From assembly GCA_020891255.1 (NCBI GenBank), contig BQFW01000008.1, positions 2,108,001 through 2,172,000 on the forward strand: a stretch of DNA of 64,000 nucleotides. Direction: 5' to 3'. This stretch comes from Entomortierella parvispora E1425. Lineage: Eukaryota; Fungi; Mortierellomycota. Position numbers and translations under genes: made by a program. Below the pieces are notes generated by a model. That model had not been told where the DNA came from and made no database searches. It saw nothing but the letters and a program-made list of their open reading frames with translations. The first letter of the stretch is position 1; each line of letters opens with the position of its first letter. Shown here piece after piece: positions 44,659-58,177 of this stretch.

Positions 44659-46982
44659 ATGGTACATCATCACCGGAATCAATTTGGGTGGCGCACTACA
44701 AATAATGTGGCAGGCAGTACTGTGCTCCTTACGGCAATTGCAGTTTTGGTGGGTACTATTAGCGGGTCATTTGCACTCAGTACAGGTCAATATGAAGGTA
44801 GTTTCAAGATTGAGGACTCTGCGTTGTGATTAAAGAGATCGAGAGTCCATATTTACACCTTACACCGTATTTTATTTTCGCAGGGACTCCTGAGGCTGCT
44901 GATAAAGAATTACTCTCAGCTCGAGTTCATGAGGATCAACAGACGTTGCTGACTGTCCCTATCATTAATGGGATCGCCACACCCTTTCCTCCATGGTTTG
45001 AGCTCGACCATCAGGTCCCAGCGGTGGATCCATTGAAGCTTAGCCCACAAGAAGGGCACGGAGTTACCTTGATCGAGGATCATATGAGGACGACCAGGGA
45101 CAACAAAGAGTCGGCTTTGAAAACACCACTGCCCTCGTCTGCGTCAGCAACTGTGGACTCGAATCCCACGTTACAGATGGAGAATAACCTAGGTGATGAC
45201 ACGCGTACAATTCAACCTCAACCTTTGACTGATGAGTTTCCCCCATCGCATAATGCGGCAGTAAGAGCACCATCCCAAGATGCCGATAGTCAGCATATCC
45301 CGGGACACAAAGATGACAACAAAGATGACAAGAGCAAGGGTGGGTTGCTTGTTCTCTCGGAAGGTTCAACCACATCAAATGGGATGGGTGGTCAAGGCGA
45401 AGCGCAAGGATCGATCAATGAGGAAAATGAAGTGGATCTTGTAAATGCGCTGGCAAACGCGTTGTTGAACCAGTACGAGTCGGATGCTATTGTTGAGCTG
45501 CAGTCTTACAAGATTGAACAAAACAAGAAGCAGCCATCAATACAGGAGCAGTCGCAGCCTCAGCCGCAGCTCCAACACTCACCAATCAGTGATGAAGAAA
45601 AAACAAGCGACCAACAAAAGACCTTGCAAACAGTGGTCAACTTGGACAGCGTAAAGAATGATCTGCCTATTCTTCCAGAAGTGAGGAAGAACAAACTGAA
45701 CAGGAATTACGCGTTGCTGGAAGAGGAAGAGGACGAAGAGCAGTCGCCATTCAATGTTGACACCGGCAGTAGAGGAGACCGTTCCCGAAACCGCGTTGTT
45801 GCCTCGGGTCACCATCATCATATCACCTCTTCCTCTTCCTCTTCGCAGGATGACAAGGATGTTGAAGATGATGCCGAGGTTGACAGCAATATAGAACTGC
45901 TGGAAGACACCAAGGACGATCAAAATCAACAGCAGGCTAGTTCCAAAACACTCCAATCTCAATCCTCAATTATTCTTGCAGAACAAGAATCAAAATCCGG
46001 CACCACTGTTCCCGACTCTATCAAGAATCGAGGATTAATCCCTGAAGTTCTTGGAGCCCATCATTGTACCCCTCAGTTTTGTGTCAATGTCACTGTTTCT
46101 GATGACGGCCAATTTGCAACTTTTCATATCGAACGGCCTATGGCAGCAACGGGATGGATATCGCTCGGGATCGGATATGCCATGACGATGGCAGACTTGA
46201 TCATTATGTGGCCTACAGCCACAAGTCAGGATGAGAAAGTTATTCTAGAGCGCGGCGCGGTTCTGTCAAGAAGGACAAGTCATGCTTATGTGGAACCTAC
46301 GGTGGTGGGACATGAGAGTACGAATCCACTGGGTGACCGCATATCAGAGGCGAGTCTTTACCCTCCCAACGAGTATATTTTGCACAACGCGAACAGTGGG
46401 CCTAATGCTCTCGCAACAACAAAGGGGGGTAGCAAGCCCTTCTCGGATCCAAAGGTGTTTGTTGTTCAGTTTACACGCCCGATCAGAACAAAAAACCTCG
46501 CTCATAAGCTGACCCCCGGAACTGAGCAGGACTTTTGTTGGGCATACTCACCCAGGCCTGTCTCTCCAGACTCGATTCTTGATCCCGCCGCACACATCAC
46601 ACAACATATGAGCGTCGGATCCTTTGCCATGGATGTTGCTGCCAACCAACCGCACCTCAAGGAAGTCTTGCTGAAGCAAAAGGAGCAGGATGTGAAGGAA
46701 GAAGCTATGGAGAAGGAAAGGAAGCAAAAGGCCCTGGAAATCGAGAACGCTAAACTGGCAGCAGAGGAAGAGGAAAGATTGAAGAATGGCGAAGGTGGAG
46801 GTGATATCAATGGCGATAGCAAGACCGGATCTTCGAAGCATAGCGACGGCGTTACGGGAGAATCCCTCGCTCGGCCTTCCTCCGCCTCAGAGACGAAATG
46901 GTGGTGGGCAGGTGGTCGAGGAAGCGCCATGCAAGGATTCACAGGCTTGATACCCTTGGCTTTGATATATTTTTTTCGCTAA
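44659..46982 (+). CDS. Secreted/membrane-anchored DOMON (cytochrome/CBD9-like) domain protein with long disordered N-terminal region
   Basis: Signal-like exon 1, CTPQFCVNVT…GWISLGIGYAMTMADLIIMW…SRRTSHAYVEP…WAYS…HITQH, and a hydrophobic C-terminus GLIPLALIYFFR. Confidence 0.8.
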
Positions 46983-47069
46983 GAAGCATAGACATGTCGC
47001 ACAGCGCGACAACTTTTCAGCGGAGCTAATTGACCAGACCAATAATAAAGTCAGCCAGTTGGGCCAAGT

Positions 47070-49454
47070 TTATTGCAAAGAGGGGGTTTTGCCTTTTGCC
47101 TCTAGAATTCTGCCCACACGGAATACCATCTCTTCATCACCATACTGCGCCATCACCTGCAGCCCTACTGGATGTCCATCCTCAGCGCAGATACCAAATG
47201 GAACACTCATAGCCGGGATGCCAGCAAGACTTGCTGGAATTGTCAGAATATCGTCCATGTATGCATTAATAGGATCAATGTGGTCTCCAACACAATCCTG
47301 TAGACGGGGTGCTGTGGTAACTGAGCAGGGACTGAGAAGGGCGTGGACCTTCGCATCTGTTTCTTCGATATCCGCGGATTGCACCACAGATCCTATCGAG
47401 CCAGTGATGGCATTGGGACGTGCAAAGATTGCGTCGAAGTCATCGCGGATCATCTGTCGAATCTTCTGTGCTCGCAAGAAAAAGTTGTCGAATGATCTAT
47501 TATCAAAATCGAAACCCGAGTATTAGTTTCGTATTCATAATGCCAAATAATATTTTGTCAAAATGAAGAATAACTGTACCCAGACGTTAGAACATAAGTT
47601 CCGAGTAAAATTCTTCGCTTCACTTCCTTGCCAAAACCCTCGCTCCTTGTGTGTGAATACAAGTCTTCTTTTTCATCGACTTCATTGCTCTGATGGCCTA
47701 ATAAATAGACATCAAGGTATAAGCTCGGGTTGTAAGCCAATCTATCCTACGCGATTGCCATTTCCATCAACTAACAAGATACGTACCATAGCGAGTACCA
47801 TCGTAGCGCTGCAAGTTACTAGAGGCCTCGGCGGTCGCCAAAGTAAAGTACGCGCCTACTGCCAGTTTGGTGGTTGGTATGCTCACGGGAACCACGGTCG
47901 CACCGGCATCTTTGAGAACCTGAATACCTTTTCTCCACCGAGATCTCGTAGCGGGTGATAATTCTGCAATGTTGAATTCTTGAGGAATTCCGATTCGCAC
48001 GCCAGAAAGGGGGTGTTGTGGGTTCTGTTCTGCGGAAACGGGCGAAACTTTAATCGCCTCTGCAATGGCTTGGCGTTGTTTGCTCGTCAAACAGGTACTG
48101 TCTTTTGGGTCCTCCTTTGCCATGGTATCTAGGGCCAAGCGAAATAAATTAGATCCAGATGTTGAAAAATCAAGTAATACCCCTGAATAGAGCTGCAGTG
48201 ATTCTTACCATAGATTAACTTTGTGTTATCAACACTCTTTGCAAGAATCCCCACTGTGTCGAGAGAGCTGGCATAGGCCACCAGTCCCCACCGCGATATC
48301 CGGCCATATGAGGGCTTAAAGCCAACTACGCCACAGTACGACGCCGGCAATCGAACGGATCCACCAGTGTCTGAACCGAGTGCCCTATTATATTACACAG
48401 GATAACAGGCAACTCAGTGGGAAATAATTCACACGAGCGTCTGATAATCGATACAACATTTTCTATACTTACGCAAAACACATATTGCTCGCAACAGCTG
48501 CAGCGCTTCCTCCTGAGCTTCCGCCAGGTGAACGGTCTTCTCCTTGATCCAGTGCTGCAGTGTCTTTACCAAGCACATTATGAGGGTTCTTGGCGGGTCC
48601 TACATTTGTAAATGTATTGTACGATCTGTTTGGTCCACAATAAAGCGTATATTAGAGCGGTTGTTCGTGGATCTGAACCAAGAGTTCGTCAAGCACGTAC
48701 CCCATTCCAAATTCGTCCATGTTGACCTTTCCGCCCATTATTACGCCTGCGTCTTCCAATAGTTGAATTGCCGTCGCGGTGTATGGTGCCTGAAAGTCTA
48801 GAATGCAGAAAGCGGGGTATATTAGACCCAAGAAGTAGTTCTACATGCTCCAACAAGCACATATTTCGAGCGTACTGTCAAGCATAGGGGAACAGCATGT
48901 TGTCCGAAGCTCCTTTGTGCACAAATTCATCTTGTAGCCCATGACGGTTCCGTCAAGTGGACTCTTTGATTGATCTAAAAACACCAGTACGAGCCAGATG
49001 GTGGTGTCAGTAACATTGGATTATCTAAACGAGATGATATTCAGTCGTGACATAGTATATCTGCCTACTTGATTTCCATCGCTGCGATGCAGATTCTGCT
49101 TGTTCCTGGATCTGTTTCGGATCAGCTAGATCGATAAAGGTGTTCAGGTATGCATTGTATTTGGCGATGTTTTCCTGGTGTTCAGCGGCTGCTTTCACGG
49201 GTGTAAAGGACTAGGCAGGATACCAAGGAGTAAGGTCAGCACGGTGATATATTGTGGGGTCCTATCGCTGGCATTTTAAGCGTCTGTTGTCGCTGAGTTG
49301 ATCGCGCCAGTACCTCATTGAAGATGTGTGTATGATCAGCAAAACTGGAGGGGGCAGTCTCAGTGACCGATGGTGTACTCGTAAACCTTCTAATGGCACG
49401 TCCCCCTAGGACTGGCATGGCTCTGGAGCCAGCCGTGAAGAGCATTGGGAGCAT
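47070..49454 (-). CDS. HER2: Mitochondrial glutamyl-tRNA(Gln) amidotransferase subunit A (GatA)
   Basis: Amidase signature GGSSGG…[44 protein letters not shown] and a presequence-like N-terminus. Confidence 0.95.
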
Positions 49455-49739
49455 TGTCGTCTTTGGATGCAACGAATACAGGCAAGCAATGCATCGGCAC
49501 ATGCATGCATGCGCGACTTACACCGACGGGACTCCGTTCCAAGCCACACTCGCCAGACTCGGCATTCTCACCATCACGTGATCCTTTTTGCGTTAATGGG
49601 CTTAGTACGCGCTTTTTCAAATCTTTTCGCACCCTCTTATTCGTCGTCATTGTCGCCTTCTTCGCCCTTCTCTTCTTCTTCTTCCCCACCCACCCACCTC
49701 TCCACTCCTTCCCCAACAACAACACCCAGCACCTTCACA

Positions 49740-51445
49740 ATGTCCTTCATCGAGACCAAGCCTGAGTCGGACTTCTCCATCCACAACATTCCTTTCGGAA
49801 TCATCTCGACCGAGCACAACGTAAGTCTTCTGCCTTGGTCTTGCCTCTCTTTCCGTCTCGGACATGGTGCCGTGTTAGTCGGCGTTCTCTTTTTTGTCCT
49901 TCATTTTATTCCGTTTCCTTTTCTTTAGTAATGCTATCGCTTTCTCTATACTTACATTCTGTCACATTGTGTTATCTTCTCTTTCATAGCCCGCCCCCCG
50001 TGTCGCGACCCGCATTGGTGACTTCGCTGTCGATCTCTCTGTCCTTGCCCAGGCCGGCCTCTTTGTCTCGATCTTCAACGATGCACAGGGTGTTTTCTCC
50101 CAGGTATTTACTGAATTCAATGCTTAAGAGCTCCATGTCGATGCCTCTGCCGATCCACGCCTCTTTGGATCCGCACATTGGCGTGAGTCTTGATCTATGC
50201 TGTGCGCTATTGGACGTCTTTCTCACACCTCTTTTTTTATTTCATTTCAACCGATCATCCGGATACATTAGCCCACTTTGAACTTGTTCATGACTTTGGG
50301 TAAGCCCGTTTGGACTGCCACCCGTCGTCACATCCAGAAGCTCCTTTCTGCTGGCGAGCCCACTCTCCGCGACAACAAGGAACTTCTTCAGCGTGCTATT
50401 TTCCCCGTCTCTGCTGTCAAGACCCACTTGCCTGCCAACATTGGAGACTACACTGATTTCTACGCCTCCAAGGAGCATGCCACCAACGTCGGCATTATGT
50501 TCCGCGGCAAGGAAAATGCCCTCATGCCCAACTGGACTCATCTCCCCGTCGGATACCACGGCCGTGCCTCCTCCGTTGTTGTTTCCGGAACCGAATTGAA
50601 GCGTCCTAAGGGCCAACGTGTTGTTGTCAAGGGTGAGGCCCCCCAGTTTGGACCCTCCCTCCGCATGGATTGCGAGTTGGAGATGGTAAGAATTGAATCG
50701 ACATAAGGCAAAAAAAGGTCCAAGGTGGCCGTGGGAACATCAAAAGGATCCGCGACTAACCCCTACAAATGTTCTGTTCTGTCTGATCTGCAATTAGGCC
50801 TTCTTGGTTGGAACTGGTAACGATTTGGGCGAACCCATCTCCATTGATAACGCCAAGGACCATATGTTTGGTGTTGTCTTGATGAACGATTGGAGTGCCC
50901 GTGATATCCAGGCCTGGGAGTACGTCCCCCTTGGACCTTTCCTCGGAAAGAACTTTGGTACCACTGTCTCAGCCTGGGTTGTGACCATGGATGCCCTTGA
51001 GCCCTTCTTGGTTCCCGGCCCTGTCCAGGACCCCAAGCCCATGGCCTACTTGGCCGAGAACGGAGCCACTGCCTACGACATCAACTTGGAGGTCAAGCTT
51101 AAGCCTGCTGAGGGAACCAAGTACAGTGTCATCTCCCGCTCCAACTTGAAGTACATGTACTGGTCTTTTGCCCAGCAGTTGGCCCATCACACTGTCAATG
51201 GATGCAACATGCGTGCTGGTGATCTTTGCGGTTCCGGTACCATCTCTGGCCCTACCGAGGACTCCTTCGGCTCTTTGCTCGAGTTGTCCTGGAGTGGTGC
51301 CAAGGACATTCAGTTGGAGGAGGGCATCACCCGCAAGTTCTTGCATGACAACGATGAGATGATCTTGGCCGGTTGGTGCGAGAAGGATGGTGTCCGTGTC
51401 GGATTCGGAGAGTGCCATGGCAAGATCCTCCCTGCTCGCCAGTAA
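49740..51445 (+). CDS. FAH: Fumarylacetoacetase
   Basis: [66 protein letters not shown] and GSGTISG. Confidence 0.97.
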
Positions 51446-51537
51446 ATTGTTTATATCCCCACAAACACTTGTACCACCATTTCATCCCTTCTCCAAAAAA
51501 ACAAAAAACAACAACAACAACAATAAATGCATTTATT

Positions 51538-52757
51538 CTACACATTATTGTATCCCTTTGGGTTCTGACTTTGCCAACGCCACAAGTCCTCACACATTTG
51601 ATCCAATGTCTTTTCCGCCTTCCAGCTGAGCTCTGTGTTTGCCAAAGTACAATCGGCCTCCAAGATGGGTACGTCGCCAGCACGCCGGTCAGCAATCTCA
51701 TAGGGCAAATCACGACCCACTGCCTTGCTGAAAGCTTTGATCATGTCCAAGACAGAGAATCCTGTACCACCGCCCAAGTTGTAGGCCTTGCATTCATAGG
51801 TTCCTGCAGCTTCGTTGCGTTCAATCTTTGTCAGGGCCGAAACATGACCGTCAGCGCAATCAAGAACGTGAAGATAATCTCTACGTAATAGCAAGAACGA
51901 TTGTTTAGTTGTGGTTTCAAGGCGTGAGAAAAAAAAAAAGAAAAAGGAAAAAAGATTGTTTACCGGATGCAAGTTCCGTCCTTTGTAGGATAGTCGTTTC
52001 CAAAGAGCACCAACTTGTCGCGTTGACCGACGGCGACCTGAGCCAGGAAGGGCATCAAGTTATTAGGAACGCCCTGAGGATCCTCACCCATCAAGCCACT
52101 TGGGTGTGCACCTACGGGATTGAAGTAGCGCAACAGGATGGCATTCCAACGGAAGTCTTTGGTGGCCTCTTCTCCTTTGGCCAATTGAGCCTTGAGATAA
52201 TCTGCATGCTTGACCTCAGAGGCCACACAGAGATCTTGGACCACATGCTCTAAAAAGCTCTTTGTTCGACCATAGGGTGACATGGCCTCATGGGTGGCCG
52301 AGGTCTCCGGGATGGGAACCTTGACGGGCTCGCCATAGACGGTCGCTGAGGAAGAGAAGACCAGGCGACGAATATCAAATTCCTCCATGATCTGCAGCAG
52401 ATTCACAGTGCCTCCAATGTTGACCTGGTAGTAATCCAGAGGTCGACGACCCGATTCACCCACGGCTTTCAAACCTGCACAGTGGATAACGGCCGAGATC
52501 TCGTGTGTGTGCTTTGAAAAAATCTCGTAAAGGCCCTCGCGGTCGGTAATGTCAATGTTGTAGAAGGGGATCGTCACGTTCTTCCGTCCGAGGATCCTTT
52601 GGACTCGAACAAGAGCCTCAGGCGTGGGTGCATTCGAGAGGTTGTCGAGGACAATGACCTTGTAGCCTGACTGGAGAAGGCTCAGGACTGTGTGTGAGCC
52701 AACATAGCCACAGCCGCCGGTAACGACAATTGTGTTCTTGGATGAGGTGGAGGACAT
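51538..52757 (-). CDS. GALE: UDP-glucose 4-epimerase
   Basis: VTGGCGYVGSH, AGLKAVGES, FSSSATVYG, YGRTK, LRYFNPVGAH and NNLMP. One intron. Confidence 0.97.
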
Positions 52758-53102
52758 TGTTAGAGTAGAGATGGAACTGAAGGGAAGATGTGAAGGAAAG
52801 AAAGAATTAGCTACGGAATCGAGAATTTGAAAGAAAAATAATCCAGAATGGGCGTAATGCCTGGGCTCTAGCGTTCAGTGTTGGACTTTTGGGGCATGGG
52901 CGAATTGTGAATTGCGACCCTGAGGTCTGTCTATTTTGAGCACGTTTTGTGGAACCAACTCTGCATGTTTTTTAAAGCAACCCATAGCTGGCAGTTAAGA
53001 GTAGACAGTCCTTGCTGTTTATTTTTAAGCTGCAGTGCTCTCACAATAGCACAACGTTCGGCTGCGGAGACGGTGGGTCCCCGAGTCGGTCTCTAGGTTC
53101 CA

Positions 53103-56100
53103 TTAGATTGAGTTTCTACGGATGCGCTTGGCTCGTCGCGTTTTGGCCGAGTCGTTCTCAGACAACAGATCTCCAAGGCGGCCCTCCTTGCTCCACTGCT
53201 GCAACATCTCCTTGCCATACTCGTATCCAACTTCGCAAATTTCTAAAAACCGACCAAACTCCAGCGTCCCAAAGTCTTGGACGGGGGGCTTGAAGTAAAA
53301 CATTCCTGGAGTTGCCTTGGCCGCCTCCAATTGCTTCACACTCGACACATATGCCAATCTTGATTGTAAATCCGCCAAATTGGGGATCTGTCGATACACG
53401 TTCGAGAAGGGGTTCCATCGATTCAAAAGAACAAGCCAGCCTGAAAGAGAATCTCCGTAGTACTGCAATGTTGTGTCGTCGTCCGATCCAACGTCCACAG
53501 CAAAGATGGTGTTTGCCCCGAGTGACTTCATGAACTCAACCGGCAAGTTATCCATGTACCCTCCATCCACCAGCATGTGCCCGTTGTCACACAGCGGAGG
53601 AAGGAATCCGGAAAGAGACATGGAAGCTCGGATATAACGCCAGGCGTAACCTGCCTGATGCATCTCCATCCTGGAGAAAGTAATGTTGGTGGTGTTGCAG
53701 TAGTAAGACAGCCACATGTCCTGGATCTGGGTGTCGCTGAAACATTTCCAAATGCCACGGTTAAAGGCATGTCCCGTTGTCCAAGACGTGACAGGATAAG
53801 TAAAGTCCGCCACCATTCTCCATTTTGCCGCCATTCGTCCTGCAAACATTTTGGCTCGCCCAAAAATGGCCACATTGTCGGACTCGCGGGCGTACAGCCC
53901 TCCAATGAAGGCGCCCATGCTAGTTCCGCCAACGATATCAATCGGGATACCTGCCTCCTCCAAAGCCCTGATCACTCCGATGTGAGCAATGCCTCGAGCA
54001 CCACCACCTCCCAGGACCAATCCGACAGTGCGTCCAGTCAAACGTCTCGCCAATCTTGCAAAATCGCTCCGGTTCCCATTGAAAGCAGGCGACTTTTGCA
54101 CATTGTTGTGGCGAATATGCGTATAGAACTTTTCCAGGTGGTCCTTCAAATTCATAATCGTCTTTTTTCTGGCTTGGTCACTTAGCATAGTGGGTCCTTT
54201 AAAGGACATCTGGATATGGTGGTGAGCATGGACCCACATCCTCGACTTCAGCCATGCGGCGGTACTTCCTGGTGCGCAGTGTCGGTTGGAGTGCAATAGC
54301 ACCAATTCCTTGCGTGCAGTTGTCTTCATGCTCACCAAGAGTCGCTCATAGTCGCCAATGGCTGGATCTTCATCACCGTGACCGATCAAGAGGATACAAT
54401 CTGCTTGGCGGATGCAGGTTTGGGTCCAGGGTGATGTTAACCCTCCATCGGCAAGATACAGGACAATCTGGGCTGTCTCCTCCTGTTCGTTAAGCCAGTT
54501 GTCCAACTTTAGTTTTCCGATCTTGGTAAAAGCATGCTTGCCCAAAAGACTCATCACCGTGCTGTGGTTGAGCAAGGTCGAGGTTGATCCTATTCCAATG
54601 AGAGCAGCTTTCAATCGATCTGCAAACTCTGCCACAGGCACACTCGAGGATACGGGGATAATGCCGATAGTCCTGAGATTGGAATTGTTGATAGCGGAAT
54701 CCGGTGTAACGCCTCCAGCCTTTGGATTTGACCCGCCATTTTTCATGGCATCACTGGCTCTCTGGGCAATAAGACGAGAAATGCGGATCGTAATCTCGGG
54801 ATGTCTCAAAGCCAGAGTGTTGAATAAAGATTTTGGCATTCTGGCCACCTCAGTGTCACGGATTGCGTGCAATGTTGATGGGAAGGGAGTGCCCATGAGC
54901 ACCTCCAGCTCTCCAACAGACTCGCCTTGACTGAATTCTCCAAGGATTTCAATCTTGCCCGGCTCATTTTCGATAATAGTACGAAGTCGACCATTCAATA
55001 CAATATAAATGGAATCGCAATCATCGCCTTGGCGATGAAGGACTTGACTCGCATTGACCTGCATCCACTCCATGGCGTAATCCAAATGCAGGACTATTTT
55101 GAGCGAGGGCATTTTCGTTAGTGCCACTGATAACATGGATCATTAAGATACCCAAAGCTGTCTAGAGCACACTTACCAATTGGAGATACTAACGTAATAA
55201 GGCGCTTTGCCAAAGTGAGCAAAACAGTCGGGTTTCGCTCCATTACTCGATCCAAGGCTGTCTTGGAGAGGTAGCCAACATAGGTGTTTGTATGAGCAGA
55301 TATCATCACAAATGATGGGTATCCTGAGAGGGCGGAAAGATATCCTGCCAGCCCTCCGGCCTGGATGGAGAACAGAGGGTGAGGTTTCTTCTTTTGCAAT
55401 GCGGCACTCGACATTTTCGATGATGTTGCCTTGGGTGCGACTGAAGATGACAGGTTGGCCTTCAGATCAAGTGACGACAGATGATGCCCAAGCGTATTCT
55501 TGGGACCATTGTTGGCAACATTGTGAGAATGGGCATCCCTCTTAGGTGTAATTGACACGTCTAGGACACCATCGATAACAAAGAAGAGTCCTGCGTTGCG
55601 CTCCCCTTCCTCGACCAAAGTGGCTCCAGCAGGAAAGTACATGATTTCGACATCGTTCTCCATCTCACTCATAACAGAAGGTACGGTTGAGGAGGCATTC
55701 GAAGTATTCAAATCATCTAGTCCAGCATCTGATGTCGTGTTTGAAGAGCCCGTCTTTCGCATCGGAGCGCCGCCAAATCCACCGCCGTTGAGGCTTGCCT
55801 GGAACATGGCTGAGAAGTAATCTGAGCTTCCAGTCGTCTTCAACTCTGGTCGCAGAGAGCTAGGTTTTGCAGTTGGGGTTGACTGTACCAATCCAATACT
55901 CCTGGAGAGACATTCCATGACCTGGTCCCTTAAGTAGCTATCTTCCTCCTCGCTGCCATCTCCAAGAAGTGCACTGAATCCTGATCCATGGCGCACGTGG
56001 TCGGTGCTCTCAACGACGGGTGACATTGGGTTGGGGCTATTGCACTCGGATTTGCCTTCGTCCATGCCCTTTGAGCCCTGTGAATTTGTGGATTTGTGAA

Positions 56101-57819
56101 TTAGAAAGTAGTGTCAGACGTCTGTAAGGTCAGAGGAATAGAATCACGTAGACACTGGTGAGATGATCTTACCAATCGACTGGCACGCTTGCGACTGTTT
56201 CTAATACGTATCGAGATCGGGTGATCATCATCATCACTCTCCTCGCGGACGGTGCTGAACTTGGCTTTGAGGTACTCCATTGTTCGAGGACGGAAGAAAT
56301 CTGATGGAAGACCATAGCTGCCAATTTCATTGATGCTTCGCTCCATTCTCAAAAGCTCTTTGGTCAGTCCGAGATATTTGTGTCCAGTCAACAGCGTCAC
56401 ACGTTGGAATCGAATCAGGATCACTTGAACAATATGGGCAGCTGCTTGAGGGAACTTTTGGGTGAGACGATGAAAGGCTTCGGCTGGGATCACTGCTAAC
56501 GTTGTATCCACCATCGCCTTGGCCACAATGACTCGTCGCTTCATTTTAGGAGGCTCATATGAAGGCTGTTGGCGCGAGTGCGGACGCCTTGGACTATGAT
56601 TGGAATCCTCATCCTCATGGATCGAGTCCTCAAAGCCATGAAAGTCGGACTGGCGAGGCGTCATGTCGGGACCGTCTGGCGAAGACTCGGACGTGTACGA
56701 ACAAGCACGATCCTCTTCGGCAAAGAGGGCCATGTGATCCGGGTTGGAGAGGGGGCTGGTCGGAGTGTGGATGGCTTTGGAGCCCCCCTTGGTTCGAAGT
56801 CCGTGTGAGCGAGCTGGCGAGTGCTTCCTCTTTGCAGAGCCAGCTGCAGAATGAGGCGACAGCGTTGGATTGGAGGTGATGCCATCGTCCCTGAGTCTAG
56901 AATCTGACCGTTTAAACTCCTTCAAGGGCTCATCTTCATGTCGCAATTTAACATTCTCGGTGAACAGGCTCAAGATCGTAAAGAGACTGCTGAGCGTGCC
57001 TCCGTTCTTAACCTCATTTAGCAGCTGGTAACCGTGCTCGGGGTCGTCCCACGTGTCGGACCCATCCTGAAATTCGTCTTCTGAATCACTTCCGTTCTCC
57101 CTGGTCGTTTGCTCGAACACTTGCACGCATCCATCCACTACAATGTAGAACGATCGTTCGAGTTCTGGGTTCTGAAGGATAGTATCTCCGGCAGGCAGGC
57201 GACGGGTCTGAAGATGACGGGCCAGCTCATGAAAGACAGGTTGCTCTAGGTACCCAAAGATCTTGATGCTGGAGAGGAAAGCGCTGAGGAACTCGTCTGG
57301 GTATCCCATGCTCTCTTTTTCCTCCTGCGGACTCTTGAAGGGGTTGTCCGGGTGCAGATCAAAGGAGGATCCGTGTTTGCCGAGTGCAGTCTTTGGGAGT
57401 CGTGAGTACTTTGTGAGGACGCGGTAGCGGATCACAGCCCAGGCAATGAAGCAAAGGATAGCGATGGCAATCAACAATGTGGTGAAGGTCAGGTGCAGGG
57501 TAAAGGACCAAGAAAGAAGGCGATAAAGCGCAGTAGGCAGGGTCATGGTCATGAAGGTGAGCACTGAGAACGAGAATGAGACGAGGGATCGAAGAAAAGG
57601 AAGGGTTCCGTTGGTGCTGGCGACCGTGTCAGTGGCCTGTTTGAACGGGTGAGGCTCATGGGTATGAGATGGATCATAGGGTCGTGGTTGGCCGTGAGGC
57701 GGTGATAACGAAGACGAGGACGCGGCCATGGTCGAGAGGGCGGCCACGGCAGTCTCGGTGGCTGCTACGAAAAAGGACTCGAGTGAGAGGTGTAATGGAG
57801 AAGGGGCATTGGATGCCAT
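53103..57819 (-). CDS. NTE1: Lysophospholipase Nte1 (PNPLA6/7 family)
   Basis: N-terminal TM segment, cNMP-binding domains, and a patatin domain with GGGGARG, GTSMG and DGG. One intron. Confidence 0.96.
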
Positions 57820-58177
57820 TGTGCAATGAATGAGGAACAACGGACGATGCAAACGAATTGATAAAAGGAAAAGTGAGAGGGGAGAAGGACGAAGGGGAAT
57901 GAAGTTGGATTGGGGGGAGTGAGTGAGAGAGTGAGTGAGTGAGTGAATGAAAGAATGAATGAAGGGACGAAGGAATGATTAGAAAGTAACGTTTTAGAAG
58001 AGAGCAACTGAAGAAAGGAAGGATGGAAGCAAAAAGGAACACTCGAGGAGAACAAGTGATACCTGTGCCACAATGACCTCATCAGACGCACACAGCCAAG
58101 GCAGCTTTCAAAAAACAGGATGTATTTTATTGTGTATCATCATATTATGCCATTGACCATAATTACGTTGACCCAGA

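Noticed and set aside
49740-52757. FAH and GALE as a metabolic cluster
   Set aside because: They belong to unrelated pathways, and no other tyrosine or galactose genes are nearby. Their 92-bp convergent spacing fits general compaction.
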